From contig CM052817.1 in assembly GCA_028534125.1 (NCBI GenBank), positions 21,020,001 through 21,084,000 of the forward strand: a stretch of DNA of 64,000 bases, read 5' to 3'. The notes under the pieces were generated by a model, which was not told where the DNA came from, made no database searches, and worked only from the letters and a program-made list of their open reading frames with translations. The position numbers and the translations under genes were made by a program. This DNA comes from Lama glama (taxonomy: Eukaryota). Numbering within the stretch: the stretch's first letter is position 1; the number at the start of each line of letters is the position of its first letter. This document shows, one piece after another, positions 25,841 through 39,600 of this stretch.

Positions 25841-28800
25841 GGTAAGAATGCCGATATATACAAGGCAAGGGTGACAAAGAGGACAGAAAGGAGGTACTTC
25901 TGATTGATTTTCTTCTCTTGTATTACAGCTGCCAGGTTTTCCTTTGTTTCCTTCAGTTCACATACTAGTAAAACAATCATAGTGAGTGTATCAACCACTC
26001 ACATTTGACTGTGAGCCCACTGAGCCATTTTTCAAATGAAAAGCATTAATCATATTATCAGAGGACTCATTGTGGGTGGGAAGGACCTAACAGCTAATAT
26101 GTGTTAAATTAGAGTTAATTTGGTTTTTTTTAATCTAAAGACTGATCAATGTTAAAAAAAATCATGACTTAAAATTTTAAATAATAAGCATTTATTATCA
26201 CATATAAAGTCATGCTAATAATTTCATAATATCAAGAAAAATGATGACTCTGTATTTCAACCAGTGTATCTGTGAAAGCCATGGAAGACAGCCACCTCTG
26301 TCTTCTTTCAGAAAGAACTTGCTGAGAACCATGTAGTTACCTGGCAGTGTCAGTCTGGAACATTCATGCCAAATCTATGCATTCAAGATGTTCACTGACA
26401 CAGCATGGCCAGGGTACCAGATTCCAGGTCATTGTCACCCAAGTAGGGTACAAGCTCCTGTAATGGGCACTCTTTGCTCTGAGATCCTCCATTGACCTGG
26501 CTGTGAAATTCTCATAAATGAACTGCAGTCTGAGGTCCCTAGTACTAAATCTTCTTTTATTCCACCACTCTGTGGGTAGGTTGACTACCTGCATTGTACA
26601 CTAAAGGATTTCCTTGCCTGCTCCAATACCTCCTCCCCTTTACCAGTCACAGATGTTCCCCCTTCAAAGTTTTTGCACTTTTAATTCTTTCCCGTATCAC
26701 TCAAACTGACAGAATCTTTATATCCAATTTAACTGCAGTTAACTTTACTGATAGATCCAGTTCTACACACAATCAATTTCCTCCCTTCTAAATCAAAAAA
26801 GTTAATGTTCAGTTAAATATTGGCAGAAAGTATTTGGTGGTTTTGAATAATTTCATATATTCAGAGGAAATGGATCCACAAGTTTTGGTGATAATTTACA
26901 CTAAGGTGTTCTTTATCTAGCCTGGCTAATGCTAAATCAATAAGCAAGTCATAACCAAAAGTGAGAAAAGTGATCCTTTCACCTGGGGAGCACTGATGAT
27001 TGGACACATCTGAATGCAGTCTTTGGCTGCATTTGACTTGTGGAAGTATTTCTTCCTGTCCTGCTGAAGAATATGGACAGGGTTTTTAATATGATGTGCA
27101 ACATGTCTTTGGTTTCTTTGTCTAAAAAATGAGGAAAACAAAATGTTGGGAAAGTGGCAGACTCCAAGCAATCAAGCTATTTGTGGCATAAACTTCTTTA
27201 TTACTACGTTCCATCTTTGTAAGAAGTCTTATTCTGAACATTAAAATTCATGATAACTTGACTTCGCAGTAACAGATTCAGGTGATTCTAGAAAATGAAT
27301 ACATCACTCACAGGCACCACTATTGCAAGTCATTTAAAAATCATAAAAAATTGTCTTTGCTGATATTATCAGTGTCACAGGAAATGATATCATTTCATCT
27401 TTCATGTCATAACTCAGGGAATACCTTTACCCTTGTCAGATAACTTACTTCAATGTATTCCCTTTAAATAAAGGGTTTTTTTAAAAAATATGTTTTAGAG
27501 TTTCTCTAACTCTAAATCCTGTCTAAATATATACAAAGTCATTGTTCCTCCTCAACAAATTTAAAAAGAGAGTGAATAATATCTGACCAGACTTTTCCTC
27601 ATGGGCTAGTATTCTCTTATATTTATCTTTTCCGACTTTGCTTAAAATGTGTGGCTTTTCTACATACAGAAATCACCAAAGATTTTTTGATATAGTTGAG
27701 TATATGAGGAAAAATATTTAAATATATAGCCTTAAAAAGCATGACAAATGTCCATTCCTTAGATTATTGAGAATAATTAAAATGTGCTCTTAGGTAAACA
27801 TTTTCTTGTCTCTATAATTAAAAAATGGGTGAGTATTTTAATAAATTTATAATAAGTAAAATACTGGAAATTATTTTTTTTGTGGTTCTATCATGTTTGA
27901 ATTATTTTCCTAGAGAGTTAAATTTTTTTATTCTAAGCATGGTTATTGCTGTGCTAGAAATAATCACAATTCAACATATGCTAGTGCCTCATCAGATACC
28001 AACATACCTAGGAAGTCTACTGATTTTGAAAATTTAAGCATTTGTTTAAATTATTAAAATAAGGTAATGTTAATTAGGTTGAAGTATTTTGAAAGCAGCT
28101 TGTGAAATTTATTTAAATTTAAAATATACAAGTAGTTTATTCTTTTTCTCTCTCTCTCTTCCTCTATTTACTTAGAATCATATTTATGACTCAAAATATT
28201 AAACTATAATTTCCTTAATTCTAATAAAGGTTTAAAGTATCTCTTTTCAGTATGGACAGTATTTCTCAACAACCTTATAAATATTGCTTTTGGTCCTGCA
28301 ATATACTTCCTTAAATTCCTCCACATTTTAATGAATAAATTCATAAATATCTTAGTGTTATGATTATCTTTCTTATCAAAGAGTTTAGATTGTTTATTAC
28401 TATGGTTATCAAAATAGAAAAGACATAGTGGATGGAGCATGTAAACTAAAAATGGTACACAAAAGCAAGTTAAAATTGTAATTATTTTGTTCACCATAGT
28501 CATAAAATTTTGTTGAGCACTTACTATTTATCCAGTCTTAGTCTAGGTGCAGAGGATACAGAGAAAAATGTGGCATATTCACAGGCTTCACAGTATTCAC
28601 ATGTTAAAAAAATTAACAGGACTGAAATGCTAAGTGAGAAAGGACAAATAAAAATTTTAAAATATATTACAGGAGAATAGTAAAGATAATGTATCTTCCC
28701 TTCTTTTTACATTCTCTCATCCTTTCTTCCTATACTTAGCTATAATTCTCAATATTTCATTATAAATATAATATTTTATTTGAGGAATCAGTTAACAGTG

Positions 28801-29281
28801 CATATATCCTTTACTGAATTATCAAAATATTTTGATCATTATTGTCAACATAAATTTTTAGTACTTATCATGGCAAAGGTCCTGTTATTTTACTTTGATC
28901 CTCAAAGCCCTTGTGAACTTATTTTAAAACACTTTTTTTAGTATGGCTTAGCAGGGAAGTATTTAGGGTTTTGTCTAATTACTGATATTATGAGATTATT
29001 ATATTTGCTCAAAAGTTGGCTTGATAATGTAAGAATATAATTCAAATAATTTCAGATCATTTGGAGATTATAATCCCATCTCTAAGAATACTTCAGATTA
29101 ATGTCATCTAAACAACACATTCTCCAAAGTTAAGGGCTATATATTCAGTATTTAGATTATGATCTATCAAATAATGGATGCCAATTGTCGGTTGAATGGT
29201 GGCATAGGCATTAATAAGTATGCTGTTGAACATTAGAGATAATCTTCTCGATATTACTTTTTAATTCCTATCAATAAATTA

Positions 29282-29496
29282 CAGTTGACTTTTGAACACC
29301 TTGGGAGTTAGGGCCACCAAAGCTCTATGCAGTGGAAAGGCTGTATAAATAATTTATAGTTTTCCCTCCGTATATGAGGTTCTCCCATATCTGCAGTTCT
29401 GCATCCAACTGAAGATCTTGTACTACTGTGATAATGAATACTGAAAAAAGAAATCCAGTGTAAATGGAACTACACATGTAGTTCTAGGGTCAACTG
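29282..29496. mobile_element. Tigger2a-like (TcMar) non-autonomous DNA transposon
   Basis: Terminal inverted repeats cagttgac (29282) ... gtcaactg (29496), flanked by TA on both sides. Confidence 0.88.
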
Positions 29497-30113
29497 TATT
29501 ACTACTATTTTTTTTTCAAAAATCAACTTATATACTTACTACACAAGAGGACAATAACATTTTCTTTAAATGAATTTCCTTGTTAGGAAAATCACTTTTC
29601 ATTTGTAAGTATAGCTTTCTCAAGCTTCAGTAGCTAATTCTAGTTGTCTGGAATGTGTTAAACTAATATGTGAATTTTCATATTGTATCACCTTAGATTT
29701 GCTGAAGGCTTCCAACTATCACAAGCTTTACAAGGCAAAAGGAGAGAAAAAGAAAAAAAAAAAAAAGAATGAGACTCCTTTCCCTTCCTTAGATGTGCTG
29801 ATATGCCAGAAACAGAGTTTTAAAAGTGGATGAGAGTTTAGATGGTATCTGGGTATAACATCATTCTACAACACAAAGTACTGAGATCTGCAGTGGTGAC
29901 TAATTCAGATTTTCAGAGTGTGCTCTGGATTGATCATGGGTTTAATCCAAGATCACCTTGCTAGATAGTGCCTATTCACATTCGATTAATTCCTTTTCAA
30001 TTTTGTCCTTCCACATTGAAAAGTTCTGGTAGTTTTGCTGCTTCTGCTAAAATAATTTCTCACTATCCTCAATCATCTAGAAAATTTAAATTACTTTTTT
30101 TCTAGATCTGCCT

Positions 30114-30221
30114 TGTGTATGTGTATGTGTGTGTGTGTGTGTATTTACTAGATATATATGTATCTTATTTTATATATATATATGTGTGTGTATATATATA
30201 TATATATATTTATTTATATAT
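30114..30221. repeat. Compound (TG)n/(TA)n microsatellite
   Basis: tgtgtgtg and tatatata arrays. Confidence 0.9.
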
Positions 30222-31339
30222 TAGATTACAGAAGTTATTTTGGGGATGTGCTCTACAAAGAATCACTTAACTATTGCCCTCATTGATGATGCACTGAAGT
30301 TTAGACTTTCAGGGCATTCTTTTATTTTTTTCTGTCAAGAAGTAACTTTCTTTCCAAGCTTCATTTTGTGTCACTGGCAAAACAGCACAATGTAAATGGA
30401 AACTGCATGAAGAAATAAAAAATCAATAAAAAAAGAACAGACTACAATATGAACAAAAATCATTAACTAAAACATAAAAGTACATAAGCATAGAAAATCT
30501 CTCAGAGAAAAACAGTAAAGGAAAACATAGGAATTGTATTTATTATATTTCATTAGGCTATCCCAAATTTTGTTGGACTTTCAAATGCATATGTATTTAT
30601 TTTTAATAATTAAAATTTAAAGAAGCAAGCAAAGTTTAAGGCAATTCCATCAGAAAGAGCAAATAAATGGTGTTATTTGGTATTTATTAATAATTTCTTT
30701 GTAACTACATGCTTACAGTGCTAAATTCAAATTGTAGGTTTAATTTAGGGTCCCCGAATTTTTACTGTGCATTATATTAGCATGGGGTTAACAATGTTCT
30801 GCGTATTTATTTATGACTTCTGGCAGGTTTCATTCTATTATTATGTACTATTATGTACTATTATTTGGGGTGTCTTGTTTTTTCTTTCCTTCATGTTTCT
30901 CTGCAGGAGGAGTCTCTATTATGGTACCTCTCCTCACTTATTGTTCCAACAAATTCATAAAGTTGAGAGAAAAAAGCAGGGCCTGTATGGTGGCTCAGCA
31001 ATTTACGGGATATCTTTTGATACCTACTTGTATACGTATATTATGTGTCATAATCTTCCATTTGTACGCAGTAAAAAAAAAAAAGAAAAGCAGCCCTTTT
31101 CCTACAGAGGCCTACAAATATCAGATAGTGCCTGAGTGGCCGAATTTGTCTAATTCTTGTTTCCTGCAGATCTAAGGCCTATTATTTAAAATGCAGATAA
31201 TTTTGATTTCCATTTGCCAGTCTCCTTTTTTATTTCTCAATTGGTTCCTAATTCTAGTACGGAAGATGACAAATTACTTATTAGGCTCTTAAAAAAATCA
31301 AGCAATCACAATGTACTTATAAATTCTTTTTTTGAAATA

Positions 31340-32340
31340 TTCAGTGTTGGAAACAATGTTTGACTACTGTAAATAAATCTGTGATAAAGTTTTGCAAATG
31401 AATTTTTGTATATATAATAAATTATGTTAGATCAGAATTCTAGAAGGGACATTATGTTAAGAAGCATAAACATTTGTATGATTCTTGTTAAATTGTATAA
31501 AATTTTTTAAAATTATAATTTAAACAGCATTTAAAGAGACAGACTATTCAATATCCTTATCTCTGTTGATGTTTGCTATTTTTGAAAACCTTGCAAAGTT
31601 GTTTAAATATGTAATTATTTTTAATCTACATTTTATTGATTAGTTCAGCTAATCAGAAACTCCCAGCATTAAGATTTATGTTATTAAAACATTTAGCAAA
31701 TGTATTGTGAAAATAATATGTATTATTTATATGTTCGTCTTCTAATTACTAGTATTGTTTTCTTTGTGAAATGCCTGTTTATTTCATTTTCACAGTTTTT
31801 CAACCAGTGTTGACATTCATTTGATGTTTTCAAATACATAATTAACATTATTCACCTCTTAATTTTTCAAAATATTATGTCACTTTTATCTCTTTGAATG
31901 TTTTATTTGCACATTTTTAAATGGTAGTAATATGTGCACAATTTTCTTCTAGAACACTTCTATATCTTTTAAACTTATGATATGTTTTCTCAAACTGATT
32001 TTTGATAAATTATAGTTAAAATTTGAATCTGGTTGTTTCATGCTCTTAATTTTATATTCAGCTCTAACTTAACTGGTATATATTTTGAGTGATCATATGA
32101 TAATTAGTTTCTTTTCAAAAATTATTAATAAACAATATATTTCCTACTTACATGATAGTCTTATTTAACATATATTCAACTCATATATTGTTCAGGCTAT
32201 TTTCTTATATTTTATCAATTGCCTACAGATGATTCAGTACTCTACCATTTTAATTAAGGTTATTGTATATTGATCATGCTTTCCTATTTCATAGGAAATA
32301 TTCATACACAACAAATTCTAAAAATCTTTCTTGGATGTAT
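31340..32340 (-). mobile_element. Ancient L1ME-like ORF2 3' remnant
   Basis: 'ttgactactgtaaataa...aattctagaagg...ttctttgtgaaatgcctgtt' and T-rich antisense L1 composition. Confidence 0.6.
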
Positions 32341-32619
32341 GTCCACAGAATTTTGAAAAAATGGACACCTTTCTGTGGAGATATCTAATATATTTTCTAA
32401 GTGTTAGATATAAATAAGTATTAGATATTTTCTAAGCATTAAATCATATATATTATAATTGCATGTAATTATTACTTGTGTTTTGTTATTTATATATTTT
32501 TGTCATCATATGCATTTTGATGATAAGAATTCTAATCAGCATTAACTAAAAAATGATATCAGATGGCTTTAAAAGTAAATCTAAGTCTGTAATTATTTTA
32601 TTGATTAAGCAAAAAAAGT

Positions 32620-33540
32620 ACTCAGGAAATTGTCAAAATCCAAGTCAACATCCATCACAAGGGAAAAATTCTTCCCAGACTTTCCCTACGTAGATGAGAA
32701 AACAGTAAAAAAGATCACCGAAAGAGACAATGATATGCTCTTAAAAATATGAAGATATGATGTAAGTCAAAATGAGAAACCACATTTAAGAATAAAAATC
32801 ACCTTATTATGTAAATGGCCTAAGCAATAAGCCATTGAGTGTGTAAAACAAGAATTGGCAGGGGATAGAGTATAGCTCAAGTGATAAAGTGAATGCTTCG
32901 CATACATGAGGTCCTGGATTCAATCCTCACTACCGCCATTAAAAAATAAATAAACCTAATTACCTCCCCCCTAAACAAACTGGGGGGGGGGAGAATGAGT
33001 TGGCAGCCCTGAAGACAAAATCTATTTGATTAAAAAAAAACTACCACATGGAGAACAAAATTATGCTTGAAGTATTTGAAATGAACAGAAAATATAGATA
33101 TCAAGTTAAACTAGCAGAATACATTGACATTATTTAAAAATTCTATAAAGACAGCAATTACTTAAAGATTATTCAGACTTTAAATATTCTAGTCAGATTA
33201 TAAAGACTCTAAAAAAAAAGCCTTCTAGAATCTAAAGCAAGACAAATTAAAATGGTTAGAGAGAGAAAAACAGAAAGAGAGAGAGAAAGAGAATAAGCCA
33301 CAAACACAAATCCAGGAGACAGAATATATTTATAGTCAAATAATTAGAAGAATATTTGGGAACAATTTATTAAAAATACTAAGAAACAAGTTGAAAATAA
33401 TTTCTGGGATACCCAAGCCAACATATAAAATAAAATAAAATTTAAAAAAAACCCAAAACCTGTGTATAACTAGATGAAAAAAACCACATTTCAAAAGTCT
33501 TTCAACTTTCTTTCATTAAAATTAAATTTAAAAATTGAGA
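32620..33540 (+). mobile_element. HAL1/L1ME ORF1-like A-rich relic, interrupted by a SINE
   Basis: A-rich ORF1-like pattern 'gacaaattaaaatgg...aatccaggagacagaatat'. Confidence 0.45.
32861..32996 (+). mobile_element. tRNA-Ala-derived camelid SINE (Vic-1 type)
   Basis: 'ggggatagagtatagctcaagtg...gaggtcctggattcaatcc...aaataaacctaattacctcccc'; TSD gaattggca (32852-32860) / gagttggca (32997-33005). Confidence 0.9.
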
Positions 33541-33549
33541 AAACATTCT

Positions 33550-33849
33550 GCCTTCCAGTTTCACATGTAAGGAGCTTAGAGGTTGCCAATCCATCCTAAC
33601 AACACATAAGAAGTTGAATAGTAGAAAAATCAACACTTCTTGAATACTTATGCTGAATACTTAAACAGGGCAATCGGCTGCCTCAAGATGAGGGAAACAG
33701 TCAGAGGAAGACAGGGCAGAGGCACAAGTAGAAACTGCTGTGGGAACCGGTGCCAGGGGCAGGGAAACCTGTTCTGTAATTGATGAATTGCTGGAGGCTC
33801 TGTGAAGATAACTCTGAGAGCTAAAAACTTCAGGGAGATCCAGTCACAG
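33550..33849 (+). mobile_element. L1 5' UTR segment (L1MD/MC-era)
   Basis: 'cttccagtttcacatgtaaggagctt...gaaactgctgtgggaaccggtgccagggg...gaattgctggaggctc...aactctgagagctaaaaact' resembles an L1MDa-type 5' end. Confidence 0.6.
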
Positions 33850-35350
33850 CACTAGAAGTACCGCTGCAAATCTATTAAAATGAATAAAATTTTAAAACCT
33901 GACAATACCAACTACTAGCAAGGATACAGAGAAACAGGAACTCTCATTCATTTCTGATGGGGATAAAAAAGTATACAGTTCATTTTGGAAGATAATTTGG
34001 TAGCTTTTTATAAACCAAAACATAGCCTTCCATATAATCCCAAAATAGTTCTTCTAGGTATTTACCCAACTGATTTGAAATCTATGATCACACAAAACCC
34101 AGTATATGAATGGAAGCAACTAAAACATCATCCAATAGGTGAATAGATGAAATAATTATTGTAGCTTTTTATAATATAATATTTCTAGGAACAAAAAGAA
34201 GTGAGCTACTGAAATATGAACAAACATGAATGGACCTTAAAAAGAATATTAGTCAATAAAAAAAATATGATTCCAATTATATGACATTTTGGAAAAATCT
34301 AAACTATAAATACAGTAACCAAATCAGTGGTTAGTTTTCAGGGGTGATGGGGACATAGATAAGGGGAAATAAGTGAAGTTCAGGGGATTTTTTATGTTGG
34401 TGAAAGTATTCTATGTAATACTGTAATGGCAAATACACAGCGTGACGCATTTGTCAAAACCCAAAGAACTTTATGGCACAAGAAGTGAACCTTAATGCAT
34501 GTTAATTTTTTAAATTTATTTTGGATTTGGGGGAATATAGGAAGAAATGCAGACTGTGACAAGAGACTCTGATGGTTTTACAAATGTATGCAGCAACTTT
34601 GTTGAAGCAGATGGAGTGAAATATTGTGTTACACAGTTTTAGAAACGTTTAGAGTCTGTAATTCTAAAGACAAAAGGAGGTGCACATAAGCACTGTATTC
34701 TAATTGATAACCTTTTTTTTCCCATGGGAGTCAAGGTTAACAGTTCTAATATGGCTTTAAATGTGCACTGAAACGGCACAATTAAGTACGTGGAGTGGTT
34801 GATGGTAGCCAAGTTTCTCACCGTTAGAAGGTAATTTATAGATAAGCAAGGAGAACGCTACAATAATCCATGTGGTAATGAATGAGAGTTGGAGTCATCA
34901 TTGTAAAATCGTATTTAGTTTACGACAGGTACAGATGATTGCGCTGAAATCTATCTATCTATCTAGCCATCCATCTATCTCCACAGTTTAGTTTACACAC
35001 ATATCTTGCCTTGCTCTACCAGCTGAGCATCCCTTAAAGCAGTGATAGCCCAGTAGCACTCAGATCTTGGTTTCTAGTAGCACTCTTCAATAAGAAGAGT
35101 TCGAAGTCCTTAAAGATATGGATGATTCTAGGTCTGGGTAAGCAATATACAAGATGAGCCTGGAGCATCTTGAAGTGTCAGAAAGCATAGAAGTGCTAGG
35201 AGGGGAGGAAGAGAGGAAGAAAGGAAGGAAAGAAGACAGACACCATATAGATGGAGGTATGTCAAAGGGACATAGAAGATTCTCAATGGTTAAAACTGGA
35301 GAAAAATTGAAAAAGGAAATATTTAAAGTCGTATTGGATTATGAGCCAAA
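33850..35350 (+). mobile_element. L1MC3-like ORF2 C-terminus and long 3' UTR
   Basis: 'ctgacaatacca...gcaaggat...aacaggaactctcattcatt'; 'cagatcttggtttcta'; 'aatatacaagatgagcctggagcatcttg'. Confidence 0.8.
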
Positions 35351-35733
35351 TGTGAGTGTCATCTGCAAACAGCACACGGTACAAGTAGTTCACAGAAATT
35401 ACCCTAAGTCATTGGGAGGTGCTTTGCAAACTTGCTTTGGAAGTTACGCCACTCCTGAAAAGGGATGCCTCTTGTCAGTGAGTGATATGAGCACCTAAAA
35501 GCCCCCACACCCCAAGTCAGAACATTCAACTGATGCCCTTTATGCCCCTAAGCTCTCCTTGGGATCAGGATGAAGCTAGATTTCAGCTTGGCCTCCTTAT
35601 TTTGTTTACCTTAATCCCTACCTTATCCCTACTCTCACTTCTGTTCACTTTTCACCTGAGTACATTTTTGCAATAACCACTTGCACAAGAATCTCTATTT
35701 GGGGATCTACTTCAAAGGAATCAACTTAAGAGA
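35351..35733 (+). mobile_element. LTR16-family LTR
   Basis: 'gggatcaggatgaagcta' and 3' end 'aataaccacttgcacaagaatctc...ctacttcaaaggaatcaacttaaga'. Confidence 0.65.
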
Positions 35734-37009
35734 AAGTGAGAGTGCCTTAAATTTTGTACCTGCCTCTCCTTTCTTTCAATGATATGGTTTCATCCAACAC
35801 TAGTCACATTTTTAGGATGAAGCCACCTGGCCTCCTCAAACTAAGATTTTCATAGCCTTTAATAAACAGAAATTTTAGAAATGTTTGGTTTTCTCCACCT
35901 GGATGAAATTCAGAAAAAATAATTGAGTTAACAGGGTTATCTTATTAGGACAAAATTTGAATATATTTATTTAAATATGTAAACCTATACCTATAGCTAT
36001 GTGCATAGTCTCAATATAAGAGTAGATACATACATACATATGTGTGACTATATATGTAAATATATTAATATATACATATTAATGTATAAAATAAATAATA
36101 CATATATATTAGTATAGTCACAAATTAAAAGTGCAATTTAAATTTAATATAGCATAGAATAAATGTTATTTATTATTTCTAGTATACCATAAAAATTCAC
36201 ATTATTTAATATTAACTTCATGACAGCTATAAAAGATTTCTGCAGTTTAGAGAAAATAAATTTCAAAATTTCCCTTTTTCCTTCAGTTCTCTTTAGAAAT
36301 ATGATTGTTTTTAAATAAGAAAGAAAACTTAGAGGCTTTGTCTCAATAATGCAACAACATGCCAGACATGCAACGTTACCTCCAGTATGGCAATATATTC
36401 CTTTGGAAGAGCATTTTACTGTGGACAGAACATAGTTTAAATCCTGAGTACACAGGAGACAGCAGTTGGCATGTGCTCTTCAGTTTGACAACTCAACTTC
36501 AGTTTTCTGCAGCCCAACACATCTTTATTAGTACATCAGCCCTTGTTATTGCTCAGAACAGAAGGAGCTGTGCTTAGGTATTCATGAGAGGTAGTAGTTA
36601 AGTAGAGATTCCACTACATGTCAACTGTTAAAGTTACATAACATTTTGTGATTTCCTTCTCTCCTTTCCCCACTCCAGCCAAGTGGTCATGCCAATATTA
36701 ACTTGTTGAAATGATTATTTTGATTTAAGCAATAAAAAGATATTCTATAAGACTAAATATACACAAGGTACAGTGCTAAGTTCTACGTTTGCAGCAATGT
36801 GTAAGACATTATTTTTCATTAAAGATATGTGTATTCTTTAAAAATCCTCCTGGTTTACATCTTTATGGAGTTTATATCTTTGTGGAGTGATTTTTTTTTC
36901 TTTTTTTCCATTCATGTAGAGGATTTTATTTGACTTCTCTACTTTCATAAGCGATGTTCTCTGAACATTTGTTCTGTTGTTGAAAAATCACACTACTCTC
37001 TCTTCAACT

Positions 37010-39600
37010 GGTGTATTGAAATTACAATCAAATAGTTGTCAGATATTATAAACTTGGATTCATTGCCATCTTTTTAATCTCAATATTTCAGTATAACCAG
37101 GCAGATAATTGCATTTTCATGGGCTGGAAATCATTATACATTCATTGTTTTGTCAAATAAATATTTGAATTCATCAGCATATTGTCATAATCTATGGAAG
37201 CAGGACTTGGACTTGACAACCATTAATACAAGTTATTGCACTACATTGATGATATCATGATAATTTCCTCTTTAGAAGAAGAAGCTCAGGCAAAATTAAG
37301 AATCTTAGTCACCCATATAACAAATATAGGTTTGCTGAAGACTTTAGGTAAATTCAATGCCCAACTCAATTTAGGAAATGCTTAAGAATGAGTTGGACTT
37401 GAAGAATCAAAGGTAGTCTTGAAATTGTGAGAAATAAGTTACTATCCTGTGCAGACACTATCAATATTCCAGAAGCTCAGAGGCTAGCATGTTTCATTCA
37501 TTTTTGGCAAAATCATATTTCTCAAATAGACATCTTGTTGGAACTCAATCACAGAGTCACCTGAAAGAAATCTGAATCTGAGTGGGACAGAGGTAAGCAT
37601 TAAATAATTTACAGAGTGGTGTTACAGGCAGTCCCACTAGGACCCTGTGATCCAGTAGCTCAATAGCATTAGAAGTATCTGCATTCAGAACATATACAGA
37701 CTGGACTCTGGAAAAATAAAATAGTGCCACTCTTGGATTTTGGACTTGGAATCAACCATTTGAAAGATAACTGCTAGCTTATCATTGGGAGTTAATCAAA
37801 ATTTTCCACACTTCTGAAGGGTGTCAGATAATTCTGAGACATAGGTACCCACTTATATCTCAGGTGTTGTCAGGGTGATGTTCAAATAGTCTGAGAGCAG
37901 CACACCAAATGTCACTTATCAAGTGGATATTCAAAAGCATGCTAAAGAATAAATTCAGGAGTAGTGCACTGCATACTTGAGAAGACAGCTTCACTGACCA
38001 TAGGGACAACCACAGAGCCCTCCAAGGACATCCCCATTGTCATTGCTGTGTGGTCTCAGTTCTATGATTCTCTTCCATCCAAGGCAAAATAGTCTTCCCG
38101 GTTCACAGATGGAAGTGTCCAGATTGAAGAGCAGGTTTTTCTTTTGAAATCAGTACCATGTGAGCAGAAATACAGGCAGTTTATTTAATAATAGAAGAAA
38201 AACTAGGCTCCCAGTTTTAGGGGAGCATTTGGATTTTCAGACTCTTGGGCTCTAGCCAAAAGATATACTATATTGTCACACAAATAAGCTTCAATGATTG
38301 GGCAAAATTGTTATATAAAATGTTCATGTATGGAGAATTGGGGGATAATTATAGGAAGAAATAAGGTGGGATATGGGGATGCCCCTCCAAAACAACAAAA
38401 AAAAGTAAAGAAATAAAAATAAATATAACCTACTTCCCAGCTCAGGCAGAGATTTAAATGATAAGACTGATGTGTGAATCTAATACCTTACTAGTTCCAT
38501 GGATTTATGAAATAATTGGGCATTCAGTTCTTGGGCTGTGCACCCATGGTCAGAGACATGAAATATCTCTTGGACTGAATGGGATGACTAATATAAAGAA
38601 TATATTTGGGAGAAAAATAAGTTGAAAATGGAGGAGGGTACAATTCTCCAAGGATACAGACTAATGCAGAGTCAGCAAATGGATTACATCAGATCACTAA
38701 TGGTAGTCCCCTGGACTTGCAAGTGTGTGTTAACTGAGATTGACACCTAATATACTCTAGACATTTCTTATCCTGTAACAGAAGCAACCTTGGAGACCAG
38801 AATTAAAGCTTTGTAGCAGCAAAATATTAATTCAACCCCTCAAACCCAAGACATATTTCTTCTGATCAAGATACATATTTACTATAAACACAGACAGGGG
38901 TGAAGAGACAATATTAAATGATCTTTCTTTATCTCTTACCATCATCAGAGCAAATACAATGTTTGCTATACAAAATAGATAATGCAAAAGGCATTGCTAA
39001 TTCACGCAAGTAATCTAAATTAAACATGAAGGAAATATTTATGATGAAAAGTACTGCCCTGGAAAAGTTTCTAGAATCAGAGAATGTGAATAAAGGAGTA
39101 AGGGAGGATGCAAATATATAACTAAATCTCTTTTCCGTATCACAGCTTTTAAAATATTTTCCATTTACCTTAATCAGTGGTCCTAGGGCAACATTTAAAA
39201 GCATGTGTACCCATAGAGACATATATTAGTATAGAAAACAAAGGAACATTGGACTTAGCAGTGTGGAATCCTGAAGTACTTGAGATGGATCATGATTTCA
39301 GCTCATGTAGCTGCATTAGGATGAACTGTGAATGCAGCTCCATTATCAGTTGGCAGGGACAGTCAGACTCTATGCCATCTGCTTGGACATAGAACCAAGG
39401 AAAAAAATAACAATTTTGTTATTAGCTCTGTGGGTGAATAATACACCTGACAGAACAGAAAGCCTAACCATGGAAGGCAATGGATAAAATAAGAAAACAG
39501 GTGTATATCATAGCAGATGGCAGAGAAGGTCAATAGCAGATTTCAATCCCCAGAGGAAAGATGCCACCATGGTAATCTCATGTGACCAAGGCAGTGTAAG
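37010..39600 (+). pseudogene. pol: Degraded class III (ERV-L/HERV-S-like) endogenous retrovirus pol: RT, tether, RNase H, integrase
   Basis: My translations across frameshifts and stops: IAFSWAGNHYTFIVL..YLNSSAYCHNL (from 37108); LLHYIDDIMII (YIDD 37242-37253); EAQRL..FWQNHI; PLGPCDP; LGFW; PFER*LLAYHW; RFTDGS (38099-38116); DSWALA; QMDYI (~38676); VLTEIDT; HISSDQ (38852). These match the ERV-L pol motifs in the correct order. Confidence 0.9.

Noticed and set aside
26990..27070. C/D-box snoRNA-like motifs (TGATGA ... CTGA)
   Set aside because: Box C lacks the 5' purine, there is no terminal stem, and no recognisable rRNA antisense element.
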